A stretch of DNA of 64,000 bases from Cyanobacteriota bacterium (lineage in GTDB: Bacteria; Cyanobacteriota; Cyanobacteriia; Thermostichales; Thermostichaceae): assembly GCA_033764955.1 (NCBI GenBank), contig JANRIL010000038.1, positions 32,001-96,000 on the forward strand, read 5' to 3'. Position numbers and translations under genes: made by a program. Below are positions 8,078 through 18,221 of the stretch, one piece after another. The notes beneath the pieces were generated by a model that was not told the DNA's origin, ran no database searches, and worked only from the letters and a program-made list of their open reading frames with translations. Within the stretch, counting starts at the first letter, position 1. Every line of letters starts with the position of its first letter.

Positions 8078-8314
8078 GTGGGAGAGTTTTTCGGGCGCAA
8101 GAGTTGCCCTTCTACCCGCCGCATGGGTTTGGCTGTCGCTGTCGGACAATATCTCTCACCGAGCGCTAGGTGCAGGAACGGGGGTTGACGGTGGTTAGGG
8201 GATTTTGTCCGTTATCAAGACCCAGGCTCCGGCAAGGAGACACTGATCCGACTGGAGGCTGAGCGAGGGTTTGACGGGATCCCTGGTCAGAGTCGGCCAG
8301 AGCAACGGGCGCAG
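8078..8314 (+). pseudogene. Phage Mu gpF (MuF) head morphogenesis domain remnant
   Basis: Frame 1 GRVFRAQELPFYPPHGFGCRCRTISLTER*VQERGL (TAG at 8167-8169); a frameshift near 8197-8201 leads to DFVRYQDP...ERGFDGIPGQ, which is in frame with the 8315 ORF. Confidence 0.75.
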
Positions 8315-9082
8315 ATGATGCAGCAGATTTTACGGCGATTGGATCCGGTGGATGCGGCGTGGGTGCGGCAGGAGATGGCGGCGATTGATCAGAGAATTGG
8401 GGAGCGTCGAGAGGAAGTTGGTTCGTTTCAGCTTATTACTTCCGATATTTTTTTTGCCGCTCTGGGAGATTGGCTGCAACAACTTCGTTCGATCGACCAA
8501 CGATTACTAAATGCCAACCAGCTTAACCAGGTGCTTGATTCGGAGTGGGCTGTTACCGAATTACTGCAAGCAGATTCCTTAAAGGTTCGTGGAGTGATCG
8601 ATCATCAGGGAGTTTTGCAGTCTGCGGCATCTGTCGAAGCGGATGCAGGGGCATTGCGGATTCAGTGGCTTGCGACCGCCCCTCAAAATTTAATCTATTT
8701 AGAAAATCCAGATCGTCTTGCAGGTGCTAGTCGAGCGCTAATGTTGTATTTGGTTAAAGAAAGTCAGGATTTAGGGTTTCAGGGCAGGATAGAATTGGTA
8801 TCACTAGAAACTTCGATCGAGTTTTACCGTAAATTGGGATTTTCCCAGCGAGGTGGATTGCTTTCTCTCGATCCTGAAAACGCCCAAAGCCTGCTTGATC
8901 AATACGGAGACACGGTAATGTTTGCCAAATTTGATACAGAAGAGCTTGATCGTTTGGAAGCTGAGTCTGGAGCGGTTTTGGCAGTGCCAGATCAAGATGC
9001 TTTGCGACGGAGGGATGACTATAAGGCAAAGCGCATGGCGGAAATCGAGACCCAAAAACAGGAATCTGCCACTGATCAATAA
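8315..9082 (+). CDS. GNAT acetyltransferase domain (C-terminal extension of the broken MuF protein)
   Basis: LRIQWLATAPQN...AGASRALMLYLV...GFQGRIELVSLETSIEFYRKLGF is GNAT-like. Confidence 0.7.
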   Translation: MMQQILRRLDPVDAAWVRQEMAAIDQRIGERREEVGSFQLITSDIFFAALGDWLQQLRSIDQRLLNANQLNQVLDSEWAVTELLQADSLKVRGVIDHQGVLQSAASVEADAGALRIQWLATAPQNLIYLENPDRLAGASRALMLYLVKESQDLGFQGRIELVSLETSIEFYRKLGFSQRGGLLSLDPENAQSLLDQYGDTVMFAKFDTEELDRLEAESGAVLAVPDQDALRRRDDYKAKRMAEIETQKQESATDQ

Positions 9083-9559
9083 ATGGTCAAGCTCATCACC
9101 ACCGTCACTGATACTCGGCTCCAGCAACTTTTTGACCGGATCGACAATACCCTACGCAGCCCTCAGCCCCTCTACAAAGCCTGGGCTAATCACCTTGAAT
9201 CCCGTGTGGTCAATGCTTTCAAGCAAGAAACCTCTCCCGCAGGTCAAGCATGGCCGGAACTGAAGCCTGCCACCATCCGCCGCAAAAACCGGAACTCTTC
9301 CAGCCTCAACAAAAAGCTGCGAGACACCGGAACTCTCTATGACTCGATAGCCGCTCGTGCGCTGCCCGATGGTGGGGTCGTTGGCACCAATCAACGAGTG
9401 GGATCCTACAGTCTGGGTGCAATCCATCAATACGGCGCACCACAGCGAAATATCCCCTCCAGGCCATTTTTGCCTGTCGATCTTAATGGTGATCTGCTCT
9501 CTCAGAATGTTGAAGAATTGATCCAGTTGACTCAAGACTGGCTGAATTTGCAGCCTTAA
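9083..9559 (+). CDS. Phage virion morphogenesis protein (Mu gpG-like)
   Basis: F..ETSPAGQAWPELKPATI...LRDTGTLYDSI...VGTN...AIHQYG...IPSRPFL; follows the gpF remnant as in Mu gene order. Confidence 0.9.
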   Translation: MVKLITTVTDTRLQQLFDRIDNTLRSPQPLYKAWANHLESRVVNAFKQETSPAGQAWPELKPATIRRKNRNSSSLNKKLRDTGTLYDSIAARALPDGGVVGTNQRVGSYSLGAIHQYGAPQRNIPSRPFLPVDLNGDLLSQNVEELIQLTQDWLNLQP

Positions 9560-10216
9560 TCGAATTAATTTCAGCTCAGAAGAAAAGGATCAAAAATATC
9601 CAAATACGCCGAAAAAAGAGACTGAAAAATCTCTAGGAACAGCCTATAGGATAAATATAGTGGATGTGGACTGATGAATTGACTATCTGTGACAGAAAAA
9701 GAGACTCCACAGGCTTCGCAAAACCGAATACTAGCAACAAATCTTAGACTTGCATCTCCTTTCACTACATTTCTAGGGAAAAAAGATATGGATTAACAAA
9801 GAATTTAAGCAAAAAAAGAAGAGGGAAAATCTTGCAGCTCAAAAATTCATGGGAGAAATTGAGGAAGATGAAAGCGAGTTCGATCTCTCAAGAGATCTTA
9901 CGGGAGCGCCTGAGGAGGGAGAGATCTGACCACAACCTGCCGACGCCAAGGGGTGGCGGATCCTTTTCGACCCACACTAGGATAACCACCATGAACCTAG
10001 ACTCTAGCCAGATTCGTAGGTGGAGAGATCCCTCCCCTCATTACTGGGTTGGGGTTGGGCAATGATCAACAGGTGACTGGCAGGGCATCATCGCTGGTGT
10101 CAAAGTTGCCTGAGTGGAAATAGATAGCCCATAACGTTTCATATGCAGACCAGATAACCGTGAGGGGTCAATTCCTCATTTCCATCGGATTCCAGTAGTA
10201 AGGAAAAAGGCGGTTT

Positions 10217-10609
10217 ATGCCCACCTCTCCAGAAAACAATAAGCAGAAGGCGATGGCTTTTTATGACCTGATGTTTAACCAGTGTCAGCCCGCCGTTGCC
10301 GTAGAGCAGTATGTTGGATCCCACTACATTCAGCACAATCCCGAGGTGGCTGACGGCAAAGATGCCTTCATTGCCTACTTTGAGCGGATGGCGGCTGAGT
10401 ATCCCGGCAAGCAAGTTTTTTTCAAGCGAGCTATTGCCGAAGGGGATTTTGTGGTGCTGCACTGCCATCAGGTTTGGCCAACGGATACCCACAAGGATTG
10501 GGCGGGCATCGATATTTTCCGGTTTGATGAGGAGGGTAAGATTGTCGAACATTGGGATGTGTTGCAGCGGGTTCCCCTCACCGCCGCTCACACCAATACC
10601 ATGTTTTAG
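10217..10609 (+). CDS. SnoaL-like/NTF2-like protein
   Basis: [19 protein letters not shown]...[10 protein letters not shown]...[17 protein letters not shown]. Confidence 0.9.
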   Translation: MPTSPENNKQKAMAFYDLMFNQCQPAVAVEQYVGSHYIQHNPEVADGKDAFIAYFERMAAEYPGKQVFFKRAIAEGDFVVLHCHQVWPTDTHKDWAGIDIFRFDEEGKIVEHWDVLQRVPLTAAHTNTMF

Positions 10610-10768
10610 AAACAGGTAACCAATTTCCTTGTGGTTGCCGGTGGGCAGTGAATCTTGATATCTCTAAGGAAAATAGACATTTTTTCTTAGCAACTCCTCA
10701 AAGTCTTCGCCTCAGCATCGGTCTACAATGATGCTGTTCAAGCCCGTCATGCCTGGAGACAAACGCTC

Positions 10769-12358
10769 ATGGGACAAGCTGAGTTGTTGTGGCAACGCTA
10801 CCAGGACTGGCTCTACTATCATGCGGGTCTCGATTTTTATCTCGATATCAGCCGGATTGACCTGGATCCCAATCTAATCACCCAATGGCAGCCTCGCCTA
10901 CAACAGGCTTTTGATGAGATGGAGAAGCTGGAGCAAGGGGCGATTGCCAACCCCGATGAACATCGCCAAGTAGGTCACTATTGGTTACGGGATCCCGATT
11001 TGGCACCTTCCCCAACGGTCTCAGCAGAGATTCGCACCGCCATTGACCAGATTGAGCAGTTTGCTGCCCAGATCCACCAGGGATCCCGACTGGCTCCCAC
11101 GGGACAACCCTTTCAAGATTTGGTGTGGATTGGTATTGGTGGATCGGCTTTAGGTCCGCAGTTTGTGGCCGCAGCCCTTGCCCCGGATCGGCCTCCTCTG
11201 GCGATTCACTTTATCGACAATACGGATCCCGATGGCATCGATCGCGTGATGGCGGGGTTAGCGGGTCGTTTGCCCCAGACCTTGGTGGCAGTGGTGTCCA
11301 AATCCGGCGGCACTCCAGAACCGCGCAACGGCATGATTGAAATTCAAGCCATTTATCAGCAGTTGGGATTATCCTTTGCCCGTCATGCCCTGGCCATCAC
11401 CAGTCCCGGTAGCAAGCTAGAAGCGATGGCGCAGCAGGAGGGATGGCTAGGGGTTTTTCCGATCTTTGATTGGGTGGGGGGACGCACCTCTGAGCTATCC
11501 GCCGTGGGATTATTGCCCGCCGCCCTCCAGGGGATCCCGATTCGGGAGATGTTGGCGGGGGCAGCTGAGATGGATCAGGCCACCCGTCTGCGCCAACTCC
11601 AGGACAATCCGGCGGCGCTTTTGGCTTTAGCCTGGTATGCGGTGGGATCCGGGCAGGGGCAGAAAGATATGGTGGTGCTGCCCTACAAAGATCGCCTGCT
11701 GTTGTTTAGCCGCTACCTGCAACAGTTGGTTATGGAATCATTGGGAAAATCCCATGATTTGAGCGGTCGATTGGTTAACCAGGGAATTGCGGTCTACGGC
11801 AACAAAGGTTCAACCGATCAACATGCCTACGTCCAACAGCTCCGGGATGGAATCAATAACTTTTTTGTCACTTTTATCGAGGTTCTCCAGGATCGGGTTG
11901 GAGATTCTCCCTTGGTGGAAGCGGACGTGACAGCGGGAGATTATCTGAGCGGATTGCTGCAAGGGACTCGCCAGGCTCTCTATGAGAATCAGCGGCAGTC
12001 GATTACGGTGACCATTCCCACCGTGAATGCTCGCACGGTTGGCGCGTTAATCGCTCTCTATGAGCGAGCGGTCGGCCTTTATGCCTCCTTGATCCACATC
12101 AATGCCTATCATCAACCGGGGGTGGAAGCGGGCAAAAAAGCAGCGAGTGGCGTGTTGGATCTGCAACGGAAACTGATTCATGCCCTCGATCCCACTGGGG
12201 GATCCCTTGCGTTGACGGATTTGGCCGAGCAGATCGGAGCCAGCGAGCAGATCGAAATCCTCTATAAAATCGTCCGTCATCTGGCCGCCAATCAACGTCA
12301 TCTCCAGGTGAGTGGGGATCCCCGTCTACCCTCCACCTGGCAGGTGCGTAAGCGATGA
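10769..12358 (+). CDS. pgi: Glucose-6-phosphate isomerase
   Basis: [44 protein letters not shown]. Confidence 0.97.
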   Translation: MGQAELLWQRYQDWLYYHAGLDFYLDISRIDLDPNLITQWQPRLQQAFDEMEKLEQGAIANPDEHRQVGHYWLRDPDLAPSPTVSAEIRTAIDQIEQFAAQIHQGSRLAPTGQPFQDLVWIGIGGSALGPQFVAAALAPDRPPLAIHFIDNTDPDGIDRVMAGLAGRLPQTLVAVVSKSGGTPEPRNGMIEIQAIYQQLGLSFARHALAITSPGSKLEAMAQQEGWLGVFPIFDWVGGRTSELSAVGLLPAALQGIPIREMLAGAAEMDQATRLRQLQDNPAALLALAWYAVGSGQGQKDMVVLPYKDRLLLFSRYLQQLVMESLGKSHDLSGRLVNQGIAVYGNKGSTDQHAYVQQLRDGINNFFVTFIEVLQDRVGDSPLVEADVTAGDYLSGLLQGTRQALYENQRQSITVTIPTVNARTVGALIALYERAVGLYASLIHINAYHQPGVEAGKKAASGVLDLQRKLIHALDPTGGSLALTDLAEQIGASEQIEILYKIVRHLAANQRHLQVSGDPRLPSTWQVRKR

Positions 12359-12395
12359 AGCTACTCCCTGAAAAACTAATGAGGCTATTCAAGGA

Positions 12396-15300
12396 TCAGC
12401 CATCTTCTCCATCGCCAGCCGCCGGATAGCTCAATTCTTGCGGTAGGTTCACCGAAAAGCAGGTTTCACCCAGTTGACTGGTTACCCAAATTTGACCTTG
12501 CATCTGCTCCGTTAAATGCTTGATCAGGGCTAATCCTAAACCTGTGCCCCCCTGTTTCCAGCGATCCCCATTCGGGATCCGATAAAACTTGTCGAAAATA
12601 CGCCCAATTTCACTGTTGGGAATTTCGACTCCGCTATTGCGAACTTGGAATAAAAACCGTTGGGCTTGATGGCGAATCGCCAGTTCAATGTGGGCGGAGG
12701 GAGGGGAATATTTACAGGCATTATTTAACAGTTCCGCCAGGATCCGCCCCAAGCTGGTTCGATCGGTCAAAATCATCGATTCTTGCCCCGTCAGTTGCCA
12801 GCTTAGATGCTGCTGCCGTTGTTGCAAGCGAGATTCAAAGGGTTTGAGCAAAACCGGGATCCACTCCAGCAGATCAATCCATTCCCCGTTAAATGGGTGG
12901 GATCCCCCTTCTAGTCGTTGCAGATCCAGCAAGTCGTTGATAAGTTCCGTTTCCCGCAAACATTCATCCTGCAAAATTTGTAGATAGCGCATCACTTTTG
13001 CTGCCCAGGCCTGTTGGGTATCGATATCAGAAAGTGACAACTTGAGCATATGAATCCCCATTTTCATGTTGGCCATGGGTGTGCGTAGTTCATGGGAAAC
13101 TGTACTTAAAAAATCATCCTTGAGCAGATTGAGTTGCTGCAACTCTTGCATTTTTCCTTTCAGTTTTAATTCCGCTTGTTTGCGTTCCGTAATATCAAAG
13201 GCCGTGCCCAAAATGGCGGGTTCCCCCTTAAAGCGGATCAATCCAGTTGTACAATCTAGCCATTTTTCTTCCCCTGTTTTGGTGACAATTTGAAACTCTT
13301 GATGAAAGGATTCGACCCGCCCTTGTAGTGTAGATTGAGCCTGGGCGCGGGCGGTCGCATACAGCGCTTTGGGAAGAAGTTTCCAGAAGGGCATCTGCAA
13401 CAATTCTTCTCGCTCATAGCCCGTGATCCGACTAGAGGCCACATTCACATCCAAAAAATGGTGGCGAAAGATAAAAATAGCGGAGGTGGCGGTTTCGGCC
13501 AAAATCCTGAACTTTTCTTCACTTTCCCGCAGAGCATCTTCCGCCTGTTTGCGCTGGGTGATATCCATGCTGATGCCAATGCCCCCCAAGACATTCCCCT
13601 CCCCATCCCGCATGGGCGAAAGCTCCACAAACACACGCTTGGCTGATTCCGTTCCGCCGCCTGTCTCCTCCAGCGCGGACAATCGGGGAGACTCGGCTTC
13701 TTCCTCCGGCAAAAGGGATCCCGGCGGCAAAATGGGGTAAACCGTCAACTCCCCTGACCACTTTTCTCCTTGGGCAAGGGCTTGTTTAACCTCCGGGATC
13801 TGCTGAGAGGCAAAAGGAATCACATCCTCCAAAAATTCCCCCAGAGCCGCCGCTTCCGAAAGCCCATACAGTTTTTGGGCATAGGCATTCCAATAAATCA
13901 CCTGTCCCGACAAAGCGGTTGCCACCACGGCGTTATCGACGGTATCCAGCAGTTGCGCCTGCAATTTGAGGGCGGCCACCTGCTTGTTCAGTTGAGCCGT
14001 GCGAACCCTGACTTTCCGCTCCAGTTCATCATTGAGGGATTGCACCTGCTGATAAAGTTGAGCCTGCTGAATGGCAATTTCGACCTGAGTAGCCAGCTTT
14101 TCCAGCAAACTTTTTTCGTGATCCTCCCAGTAGCGAGTATCCCGACATTGATGCGCCACCAACAGTCCCCACACTCCACCCTTTTGAAAGAGGGGTACGA
14201 CCAGATGGGCTTTCACCAGTAATCGCTGCTGGAGAAAACTAGCCAGAGGAGGGGAAAGGGTTTGTTCACGGATATCAGAAATGGCACGCACTCCCCCATG
14301 TCGATAGAGGCTGTTTAGGTGGTTAAACCAATCCCGCTTGACAACTTGACCCAGGGCTTTCGGCCAGTTGGCCGCCACTGCCTCAGCAATGATCATCCCA
14401 TCCCCATTGGCTTGAAATTCATAGACTAGGACCCGATCCACCTGAAGCAGTTGGCGCACCTCCGCCGTCGTGGTTTGGAGAATTTCCCTGAGATTGAGGG
14501 AGCGACGAATGCGGAGGGCAATTGCCGTCATCACCTGTTCTCGCTCTGCTTGTCGGTGCTGCTGGGTTTCTGCCCGTTTGCGTCCGGTCATATCCCGCAC
14601 GACAGCCAGAGCCTGCTCCTCTTCACAAACCACTAGACGGGCTTCAAATTCTTTCTTGTCCAATCCGAACATCAGTTGATATTCAAAGATCTGCATATCC
14701 CCTGTGTCGAGGGTGGTCTGGATGTGCCGCAAAAAGGTCTGAGCCACATCCACCGGCAAGACCTGCTCCAGGCGTTGTCCGATCAGGTTGGGGGCAGGCA
14801 ACAGCAGCAGTTTGCTATCCCCGCGACAGTCCAGGTATTCTCCACTGCGGCTAAAGCGAAACATCAAATCGGGGGTGGCATTGAGGATCGCGGTATTGCG
14901 GGCTTCACTCTGGCGCAGGGCGGCTTCCGTTTGTTTGTGTTGGGTGATGTCGCGGAAGGTAACCACGACCCCACTAATCTGGGACTCCGCATCTCGAATT
15001 GGGGCGGTACTGGCGGAAATAAATCGTTCACAGCCGGTTTTGCTGATCAAAAGGGTATGGCGGGGTAGACCGATCACCTGCTGTTGCTGCATCACCTGCC
15101 CCACCAGATCAGGGGGAACGTGGCGAGTTTCTGCATGGACAATCTGGAGGACTTGCGACAGGTGTTGCCCTATGGCCTCAGCGGGATCCCATCCCGTAAG
15201 ATGGGCAGCCACCGGATTGAGTTGCTGAATGTGCCCTTGCCGATCGGTGGTGATGACCCCATCCCCAATACTGGCTAGGGTGATGGCTAACCGCTCTTTT

Positions 15301-16787
15301 TCTGCCGCCAAGGCCAGTTCTGCCCGTTTGCGCTCCGCCAAGTCCTGTTGAGCGGCTTGATCGAGGCGCACATGAGCCAGCGCCAGCGCCGCCAGTTGAG
15401 CAAACTGCTCGAGGAGGTGGATTTGCTCAGGGGAAAATCGCTGCCGGGGATCCCGATGTGCTACCCCTAACACCCCCACCACCTCAGCTCCAGCCTGGGA
15501 TCCGGTTTTGAGGGGAACCCCCACGGTTGCCCGCCGTTGGGTGGCAAAATGAGGGGGACGCTCCGACCAAGCGCTATAGTCCGTAATTAACAACGATTGC
15601 CCCGTTTGCCAAACTCGCCCCGACAAGCCCTCCCCCCAGCCTAGGCGAAACCCCACATCCGCCTGAGAGGGGCCGATCCCCACCTTGAGTTCTAAATAAT
15701 GGGTAGGAGGAGACGAGGCAGCCGGATCCACCACTGTCTCCACTAAAAACATGAAGCCTTCGGGGGTGCCCAAAACCTGGGAAGCCTTTCCCACAATGGT
15801 TTGCAAAACATGGGCAAGATCCAACTGAGCATCCAAAAGCGCCAGACTGGTTTCATGCAGAGCGGCCAGATAGGCGTTGCTCTGGCGCAGTTGATCCTCC
15901 GAGCGCTTGCGATCACTGATATCGCGGCAGGTAAAAATCACCCCCCCCACGACGGGATCCGATAACAAATTACGGGCAACAGTTTCCACATAAACCCAGT
16001 GACCCTGTCGGTGGCGCAAACGATAGTGATGGGTGAGTTCCACAACCGGATGCGCCAACAGATCTTGCCAAAATCGTTGGCAATCCACCAGATCGTCGGG
16101 GTGAACAAACGACCAAAAATCTAGGTTGATCAAGGATTCCGGTCGATAGCCCAACATTTTTTCGACAGCAGGACTGACATAACGGAGGATGCCCTCCAGG
16201 GTGTGAATGGAGGTGATATCCGAGGAGCTTTGAATCAGGGAACGAAAGTATTCTTCACGGCGAGCCAGCATCCGCTCAGTTTTTTGTTGTTGGTCGATGC
16301 TGACCGTCATCGAGCAAACTCCAATGATCCGCCCATCTTCCGCCACAATCGGGTTGTAGTGGAACTCATACCATTGGTCATGATCGGTTTGCCCCCGAAT
16401 GGCTCGCTCGAACCGTAAGCTCTCCCCCTGCAAAACCTGTCGAAAATCCGCCTCAAAAGCTTGTCGATTCTGGGGATGCACATAGGCAAAAATCGATTGC
16501 CCTACCTCAAGTTGACATCCCCAAACGGTCTGAATCCAGTTGATGGCAGTTTGATTGAAGGCTTGAATGGTGAATCGATAATCGATCAATAAAACCGATT
16601 GCAAGCTGCTGTCAAAGAGTGCTTTGAGATGAGGAGGAATGCCGGGAAAGGGGGCGGCGCCGGACTGGGGTTCCAAAGCAAAAGAAATGGGGGAATTGGG
16701 ATCCCTGTCCACCATCCGTGGGTATGGCTCGGCTTCTTCCAGACTGGAGGGGAGGCTGAGGTTGAGGGGCAGGGGGGGGTCAGACAT
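12396..16787 (-). CDS. Multi-PAS/GAF sensor histidine kinase
   Basis: Multiple PAS/PAC and two GAF domains; FLSTVSHELRTP H-box, ELLNNACKY, GGTGLGL. Confidence 0.93.
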   Translation of the reverse strand: MSDPPLPLNLSLPSSLEEAEPYPRMVDRDPNSPISFALEPQSGAAPFPGIPPHLKALFDSSLQSVLLIDYRFTIQAFNQTAINWIQTVWGCQLEVGQSIFAYVHPQNRQAFEADFRQVLQGESLRFERAIRGQTDHDQWYEFHYNPIVAEDGRIIGVCSMTVSIDQQQKTERMLARREEYFRSLIQSSSDITSIHTLEGILRYVSPAVEKMLGYRPESLINLDFWSFVHPDDLVDCQRFWQDLLAHPVVELTHHYRLRHRQGHWVYVETVARNLLSDPVVGGVIFTCRDISDRKRSEDQLRQSNAYLAALHETSLALLDAQLDLAHVLQTIVGKASQVLGTPEGFMFLVETVVDPAASSPPTHYLELKVGIGPSQADVGFRLGWGEGLSGRVWQTGQSLLITDYSAWSERPPHFATQRRATVGVPLKTGSQAGAEVVGVLGVAHRDPRQRFSPEQIHLLEQFAQLAALALAHVRLDQAAQQDLAERKRAELALAAEKERLAITLASIGDGVITTDRQGHIQQLNPVAAHLTGWDPAEAIGQHLSQVLQIVHAETRHVPPDLVGQVMQQQQVIGLPRHTLLISKTGCERFISASTAPIRDAESQISGVVVTFRDITQHKQTEAALRQSEARNTAILNATPDLMFRFSRSGEYLDCRGDSKLLLLPAPNLIGQRLEQVLPVDVAQTFLRHIQTTLDTGDMQIFEYQLMFGLDKKEFEARLVVCEEEQALAVVRDMTGRKRAETQQHRQAEREQVMTAIALRIRRSLNLREILQTTTAEVRQLLQVDRVLVYEFQANGDGMIIAEAVAANWPKALGQVVKRDWFNHLNSLYRHGGVRAISDIREQTLSPPLASFLQQRLLVKAHLVVPLFQKGGVWGLLVAHQCRDTRYWEDHEKSLLEKLATQVEIAIQQAQLYQQVQSLNDELERKVRVRTAQLNKQVAALKLQAQLLDTVDNAVVATALSGQVIYWNAYAQKLYGLSEAAALGEFLEDVIPFASQQIPEVKQALAQGEKWSGELTVYPILPPGSLLPEEEAESPRLSALEETGGGTESAKRVFVELSPMRDGEGNVLGGIGISMDITQRKQAEDALRESEEKFRILAETATSAIFIFRHHFLDVNVASSRITGYEREELLQMPFWKLLPKALYATARAQAQSTLQGRVESFHQEFQIVTKTGEEKWLDCTTGLIRFKGEPAILGTAFDITERKQAELKLKGKMQELQQLNLLKDDFLSTVSHELRTPMANMKMGIHMLKLSLSDIDTQQAWAAKVMRYLQILQDECLRETELINDLLDLQRLEGGSHPFNGEWIDLLEWIPVLLKPFESRLQQRQQHLSWQLTGQESMILTDRTSLGRILAELLNNACKYSPPSAHIELAIRHQAQRFLFQVRNSGVEIPNSEIGRIFDKFYRIPNGDRWKQGGTGLGLALIKHLTEQMQGQIWVTSQLGETCFSVNLPQELSYPAAGDGEDG

Positions 16788-17084
16788 GGCGGGATCCCTT
16801 CTCTAACTCTGCGCGCAATCTTGTTTATCCTATCTCTGAAGTTCCCCAACCGTGCCTAGTCATGAGTTGGCACGATCCCTAGCTTTATTGAGAATAGCAT
16901 TGAGACCTCATAAAAACTACGATTGAAGGCAAAGGAACGCAAATAGCAAGAAAAGTGAGAAGCGAAGAGATTAGGTGAGTTATCTTGTGGAACATGTGAA
17001 TATATTATCTCCATTAGGAAGGTGTTCCTTGAGTCCAATCTCCCATTTTTGTACTATCTTTTTAGGTAGTTTTTGTCTGTTTTT

Positions 17085-17131
17085 TAGGACGTTATAACTA
17101 GATTGAGAAATAAATTAGGACGATTATCCTA
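17085..17131. promoter_or_regulatory. Two TAGGAC-N4-GTCCTA-like boxes (candidate operator)
   Basis: taggac-gtta-taacta (17085-17100) and taggac-gatt-atccta (17116-17131), starts 31 bp apart. Confidence 0.45.
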
Positions 17132-17288
17132 GTCACGATTTGGAAATAATTGGTATATAGTATGAAGAGTTGTTTTGAAAAAAAATATGGGCACTAAGCT
17201 GATGAGAATAAACATTCATTGCAACCAATTTGACTTATCCCCGTCTATTGATCAATTTATCGTTAGGAGCTTTAAGAAACCAGGATTT

Positions 17289-18029
17289 ATGAAAATAGGG
17301 ATCCATTTTCTTCTCGGATGGATTGCCATTGGTTTTGGTATGACAGGATGTGGATTTGATGCCACTTCTACCTCAACCTCCTCGACAGAAAACAGTGAGA
17401 CTCAGTTGGGGTCCGTTGCAAATGGCAGCTTTGAAACTTGTGATTTCACTGATTGGCAGACAATAGGGGATGTCTCCATCCAGCAGGATATTTTTGATAG
17501 TTCCCCCTCAGATGGGGAGTGCCAGGTTCTATTATCCAACCGACCGGATCCCCTAAGTGATACGGATCCCTTCTCAGATGAGGAGGCTGTCACGATTACT
17601 CAATTAACCGCTTTTTTAGGAATCAGTACCAGTGCTCTAGATAGTCTGTTAGATCAACCTCCTGCTGGAGAAGGTTCTGCCATTCGAACCAGTTTTCAGG
17701 CTAGTGATGGACAGGCTCTGAGTTTAGATTGGAATTTTCTAACGATGGAGCTGGAGCAAAATCAAGTTGCTGACGATAGCATTTTCATAACTATTTCACC
17801 CCTGTTTTCTTCTCCTCAAAAATTAGCTGGGGTGATTGACTATTCTAGTGTATTTGAGGAATCAGATAGTGTGTTTGCCCGTGCAACTGGATTTGTTCGC
17901 TATACATCTCCCCCTCTAGAGGAGGGAACCTATATTTTAGGAGTTGGTATTGTTGATGGAGGCATCGCCACGGGATCCGATCAAAATGTTGATTCGGCGG
18001 TATTGGTGGATCGTATTCAATTGGAGTAA
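17289..18029 (+). CDS. Secreted acidic lipoprotein, hypothetical
   Basis: MKIG...GMTGC lipobox, Ser/Thr linker, NGSFE...W motif; the track start at 17175 is probably too long. Confidence 0.65.
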   Translation: MKIGIHFLLGWIAIGFGMTGCGFDATSTSTSSTENSETQLGSVANGSFETCDFTDWQTIGDVSIQQDIFDSSPSDGECQVLLSNRPDPLSDTDPFSDEEAVTITQLTAFLGISTSALDSLLDQPPAGEGSAIRTSFQASDGQALSLDWNFLTMELEQNQVADDSIFITISPLFSSPQKLAGVIDYSSVFEESDSVFARATGFVRYTSPPLEEGTYILGVGIVDGGIATGSDQNVDSAVLVDRIQLE

Positions 18030-18110
18030 GATTTTTGACCCTGGGCTTTCGGTTCTAAAATTCTCCTCTCCAATGGAGAGACTGACCTACGATTACTGCT
18101 ATTGGAAGTC

Positions 18111-18126
18111 TGGGACAATAGTCCTA
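18111..18126. promoter_or_regulatory. TGGGAC-N4-GTCCTA inverted repeat upstream of the two-component operon
   Basis: tgggac-aata-gtccta; same motif as 17085-17131. Confidence 0.45.
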
Positions 18127-18221
18127 AGCGGGTAGCCATACTATTGAGAACATAGCCTCTAGAAAAAATGATGACATTCCCTATAAAGTAGGCTGTATGT
18201 CGATGGAGACTAATCAGCGTT

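Noticed and set aside
9560..10200. Further prophage genes after gpG
   Set aside because: Only short stop-riddled frames with no recognisable phage motif
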